Shown here: piece by piece, positions 59,761 through 64,000 of the stretch
Position numbering within the stretch: position 1 is the stretch's first letter
Layout: every line of letters starts with the position of its first letter
Assembly (NCBI GenBank): GCA_963726245.1
Contig: CAVSBT010000015.1
Span: forward strand, 224,001 to 288,000
Reading direction: 5' to 3'
DNA length: 64,000 nucleotides
Origin: an uncultured Chloroflexia bacterium
Lineage (GTDB): Bacteria; Chloroflexota; Dehalococcoidia; DSTF01; JALHUB01
Notes under the pieces: generated by a model
Told to the model about the DNA's origin: nothing
What the model saw: the letters and a program-made list of their open reading frames with translations, nothing else
The model's database searches: none
Program-made: the position numbers and the translations under genes

Positions 59761-59887
59761 CCACAGACCCCGTGGTCTACAGCCAGGCTAGAGGACTTCG
59801 TGAGGTGGTACGGGCAGGCGACTGGCTGTTCGCAGGGGCGGCCGTGACGGCCGCCCCTGATCCACAAGTCTGCGGGCTGCGGGTGCG

Positions 59888-62318
59888 CTACGGCGGCCCA
59901 GAGCAGTCCAAGTTCACCTGGGCCAGCGCCGCCAGCACATCGGACATGTTCACGCCGCCGTTCGGCGGGCCCGCGTCCCAGGGCGGGTTCGGCACAGCAC
60001 TGGGCGAGCGGTCGTAGAATCCCGTCCGTCGCTTCACCGTCCGATCGCACGATCCTTGTCACGCTGTCGTAGTCCACGCCGTTCGGGTTGACAGGGCCGC
60101 CCTCGTTGGCATTCACGTAGCAGAGCACCGCCAGCACGTCGGCGATGGTCACGGCCCTGTTCTTGGGGCCGTTGGCCGTCGGGTCCGGGTTGGCGGGCAC
60201 GGGCACGTCGAAGAAGTCGTACCAGGTCAGCGGGACTGAAGCCAGGCATAAACAGGTACTCCCGTCCGTCCCTGCAGCCATCGCCGTCCGTGTCAGCGTT
60301 CTGCGGGTCGGTGCCGATGACCAGGGTCTCCTGGTCGTCGGTGAGACCGTCGCCGTCGGCGTCACACGGTCCCGTGATCCACGGGGTCGAAGTCCACGTT
60401 GTCACTTACGGCGTCACCGGTGCCAAGGGGGTTGGACGGATGGGACGGACCGCTGCAGGAGCCCCACCAGTTGTTCTCGGCGTTGGCGACGCCGCCGGAG
60501 GTGTTGTTCTCACCGTAGAGGATGTTGCCCCGAATGTCGTTGTAGTGGACTTCGGCGCCGCTGTCGTCGATACCGACCTGGTTGCCGGTGATGACGTTGC
60601 CCGTGACGGTGGCCGTCCCCTGGTAGACCATGATTCCCGCCGCCGTCCAGCACGCGTCGTAGTACGCCGCATCGCCCTTGGTCCCAGGCCCGGCGCAAAC
60701 GCCCGTCCCCAGGGTGTAGACATGGTTGGACACGGTGTTGTTCTCGATCCTTGCCACCGCGTTGGGGCCCACCTGAATGCCGTTCTGAGCGTTGACCTGC
60801 CCGGGGCCGCCTCCTGTCACGGTGTTGCCGGAAACAGTCACGTTGGTGCCGGTGTTGTCGTCCGCCGCCTTGCCGACGGTGATGCCGTTCTTCGCGTATC
60901 CCGACATCACGTTGTCCTTGACCGTTCCGGTCACGGACAGGCGGAGCCTGACCGCGTCATAGCCGCCCGTGAATGTGTTGTTGTGCACATTCAGGTTGAC
61001 GCTGCCCATGGCGTGCAGCCCGCTGTTGGACGGGTCAGCGATGGGAGCCGATATGTTGTTGTTCGGGCCCACGTCCACCAAGGTGAACATTCCCGTCGGT
61101 GCAGCCGCTCGTGCACTGGGCGACCACGACCCCGGTCCCCCAGTTGCTGATCGTGTTCCCGCTCGCCGTGAAGCTGACGTTCTCAGGACCCCAGCCCGCG
61201 TCCGCCTCCAGGCCGACGGAGTCGACGCTGCCGTCGCCCGTGAGGGTGTTGCCGCTCACCACGACGGTCATGACCCCCGCACTCATGGGCGCTGCGGCCT
61301 AGGACCGCCGGCAGGCGGAGCCGCCTCGTCCTCGAAGGGGCTGGCGCTCAGGCCCGGCGGGTCGGACGACGTCGATGCCCCAGTAGTCGGGCCTGCCGAC
61401 GCCCGCCGTGGTCGCCGACACCGTGTTCCCGCTGATCGTCCCGGAGCCCTCGATGTAGTAGAGGCCGAGCTGGCCGTTGTTCAGGTGGTTGCCGGTGATG
61501 CCGACGTTGGCGGAGTAGACCAGGACGTCGGTGGCGGCCCAGTCCGGCCCGGTGTAGGAGTTGTTGGAGACGGTGTTGCCGTCCACGGTTCCTGTTGCCC
61601 CGTAGCCCACCTGGATGCCGTTCTGGGCCGCGTTGCCAGCGCCCACAGGCCCGCGGCCTGTCACCGTGCTGCCCGTCACAGTGCAAACGGTGCCAGGTTC
61701 GTTGCAGGTGATGCCATTCTTCCCGTAGTTGTCGACGGTGCTGCTGCTGACCTGGACGGTCGAGCCGCCACCACCACCGCTCTGGGCGAAGATCCCGATC
61801 ACTGACTGGCATCCGGGCGCGCTCGGGTGGAAGACGCCAGTCGTGCGGGTGAGTCTATCGTCCCCGACGAGTTCCTGTAGAAGATGCCCATGTAGCCCGG
61901 CGAACAGCTATTGAAGGCTGCCGCGCTGCCATCCACGGTCAGGTGCTTGACTGTCACCCCAGCCACGCCGTTCACCAAGATAATGGTCACGATGGGAGCG
62001 CCTGAGTAGAGACTCGTTGTGTTGGCCGTGGCGGTGGCGGGCTTCACGATGGTGGAGCCTATTCCAGCACCGTCCAGTGTCAGGTTCGCCGTCGCGATGC
62101 TGACCTGCTCACTGAACGTGCCCGCCTTCGCGTTTACGGTGCCGTTGGGATTGGACGCGTTCGCGCCTGCCTGGATGGAGGCGTAGCTGCCGACGGGGCT
62201 GGTCGTTGTCACCGGCGCGAAGCTGGCGCCTCCCGGCGGAGAGGCGTTGAGCCAGGGCACGAAGTCCACGTTGTCGGACACAGACACGCTGCGACACGGC
62301 GAGCCGAAGAATTCTCAT
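59888..62318 (-). pseudogene. Surface protein with right-handed beta-helix repeats, Ca-binding DxDGDG repeats and flexitail-like C-terminus; 5'-deleted and indel-split
   Basis: Repeated YGKNGI / AQNGIQVG, NWWGSCSGP, DADGDGLTDDQE, DTDGDGC, WYDFFDVP; terminal YDRSPS...GVNMSDVLAALAQVNLDC-SGPP-stop (59888). Confidence 0.72.
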
Positions 62319-63687
62319 CTCAGGCTCTCAACCAATCCCTCTTTAATGGCACGGACCCCGGCCTCTGTGCGGGACACGGCGTTCATTTTGCTGAGTATGT
62401 TCTCGACGTGCTTGCTGGCCGTCCGAGGACTGATGGCCAACTGGGAGGCAATCTCCTTGTCCGCCCTTCCGGCTGCTACGAGAAAGAGGACGGCTAGCTC
62501 ACGGAAGGTCAGGTCATAAGGATTCCCTCGGCGCACGGCGTCCTCTACTCTGCTCAACAGCTCTTCCCTGGCCACCGTGGCCGCTTCCTCCGCCTGCTTG
62601 CGCTCAGAGATGTCCCTCATGACACCCACCCTGACCGGGTGGCCTTTGAAGAAGGCGGTCTTGCCGCAAAACTCCACCGGGAAGGTCGTTCCGTCCTTCC
62701 TGAGGCCCCGCGCCTCATAGGATCCCTCATATCCTGAGCGAACTTGCTGCCGCACCAGATCACGGCAGTCGGGCGCAATGAAGCCAAGAGCGTCCATCCC
62801 AATGAACTCAGAAAGCTCATATCCAAGCATTGCCGCTGCCTGCGGGTTGGCGTCCAAGACTCGATGCGCCGTCGTGGATGACGATTCCCTCGAGGGTGGC
62901 TTCCGACAGTCTGCGGAAGCGTTCCTCGCTCTCCCGGAGCGCCTCCTCCGCCCGCTTGCGTTCAGAGATGTCCCGCATGACACCCACCCTGACCTGGTGG
63001 CCTTTGTAGAAGGCGGTTTTGCCGCAGAGCTCCATCGGGAAGGTCGTTCCGTCCTTCCTGAGGCCCCGCGCCTCATAGGGTCCCTCATATCCTGAGCGAA
63101 CGTAGCTGCCGCACCAGATCACGGCAGTCGGGCGCAATGAAGTCCCAGATGTCCATCCCAATGAACTCAGAAAGCTCATATCCATGCGTTGCCGCTGCCT
63201 GCGTGTTGGCGTCCAAGACTCGAGCGCCGTCGTGGATGAAGATTCCCTCAAGGGTGGCTTCCGACAGTCTGCGGAAGCGTTCCTCGCTCTCCCGGGGCCC
63301 CTCCTCCGCCCGCTTGCGCTCGGTGATGTCGCGCACGATGGCTAGAACCTCATCGTGGCCGCTGACCGCGATTCGACCCTCAAAGTCGCGCAGAGTTCCG
63401 TTCGGCAACGGGACCGGAATCTGGTACTCGAAGACCTGCGTATCGCCGGTCTGCAGTGCCTGCTCGAGGTAGTGCATCATTCCCGCAGCAAGACCTGTCG
63501 GCATCACCTCGCGTACTGTCCTCCCCAGGAATTCAGCGGGAGGCAGCGCCGGCTCCTGGCCCTTTGCCGGATTGAATTCAAGAAAGCGGCCTTCCCTGCT
63601 GAGACGAAACATCAGATCCGGTACCGCGTCCAGCAGGGCCCGGTATTGCGCTTCGAGTCCCTTGCGCGGCTCCTTCCGCTTGCGCAT
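62315..63687 (-). CDS. PAS-PAS-PAS-LuxR HTH transcriptional regulator (indels near 63100 and 62865)
   Basis: PAS/PAC (RDITERKRAEE) three times; LTFRELAVL...ADKEIASQLAISPRTASKHVENILSKM. Confidence 0.87.
62586..63301. repeat. Tandem duplication of a 358-nt PAS-coding unit
   Basis: TCCTCCGCC anchors at 62586, 62944 and 63302; the two units share long identical runs. Confidence 0.9.
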
Positions 63688-64000
63688 GCTTCGTCGGTCT
63701 TTTCGCCCGGCTACGATTGATCCTCATGGCCCTGAGTTCACTTCCCCGAGGGAGTCTTGGGTTCACCGCGAACAATACTCGAATCGGGGCGCGCCTTGGT
63801 TCCTGACCTCAGCAGCCCGCACGCCATGCCAGTGCCTTCTCGAAGGCTGGATCGCTGGCTACAGGCGTGTCTTCCTACGAGAACCGCGGGCTCGACCGAG
63901 CTGGGCCACCCCCTCCGGCTACTCTTGTTCCGAAGTCTTGGCAGTTGTAATGAGGGTCAACGGAAGCACTAAGTCCGCTTGCGGTCTGCGCGAACCACGT

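Noticed and set aside
1-64000. CRISPR array, rRNA, prophage, IS transposase
   Set aside because: No regularly spaced repeats or recognisable genes of these classes.

Overview
GC-rich chromosomal window, probably from a Chloroflexota (Dehalococcoidia-like) bacterium; the taxon is inferred from gene content and a flexitail-like surface-protein tail. Many single-base indels split otherwise intact genes, which looks like uncorrected long-read error. Gene content: a FliA/WhiG sigma factor and two HD-GYP phosphodiesterases; a class III cyclase-STAND-TPR protein; glcDEF; korAB; tRNA-Cys and tRNA-Leu; ahbAB with a radical SAM gene; a six-gene treT-like/treT/glgC/three-GH57 operon; tldD and tldE separated by a VapBC-type TA module; DUF47-PiT; an ABC exporter; and an accessory right end. 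The most notable signals are invisible to the ORF track. (1) A c-di-GMP-I riboswitch with a readable OFF-switch platform precedes the sigma-28 gene, and the next gene (membrane HD-GYP phosphodiesterase) has a sigma-28-type promoter, suggesting a self-contained feedback loop. (2) A c-di-AMP riboswitch heads the trehalose/alpha-glucan operon, whose first gene looks like a catalytically dead TreT paralog. (3) A SelW-type CxxU selenoprotein is present, and a small CCGHPGEPGC peptide ends in TGA followed by a SECIS-like hairpin, a candidate new selenoprotein. (4) A structured attenuator-like leader precedes DUF47-PiT. All calls were made by eye; no database searches were run.
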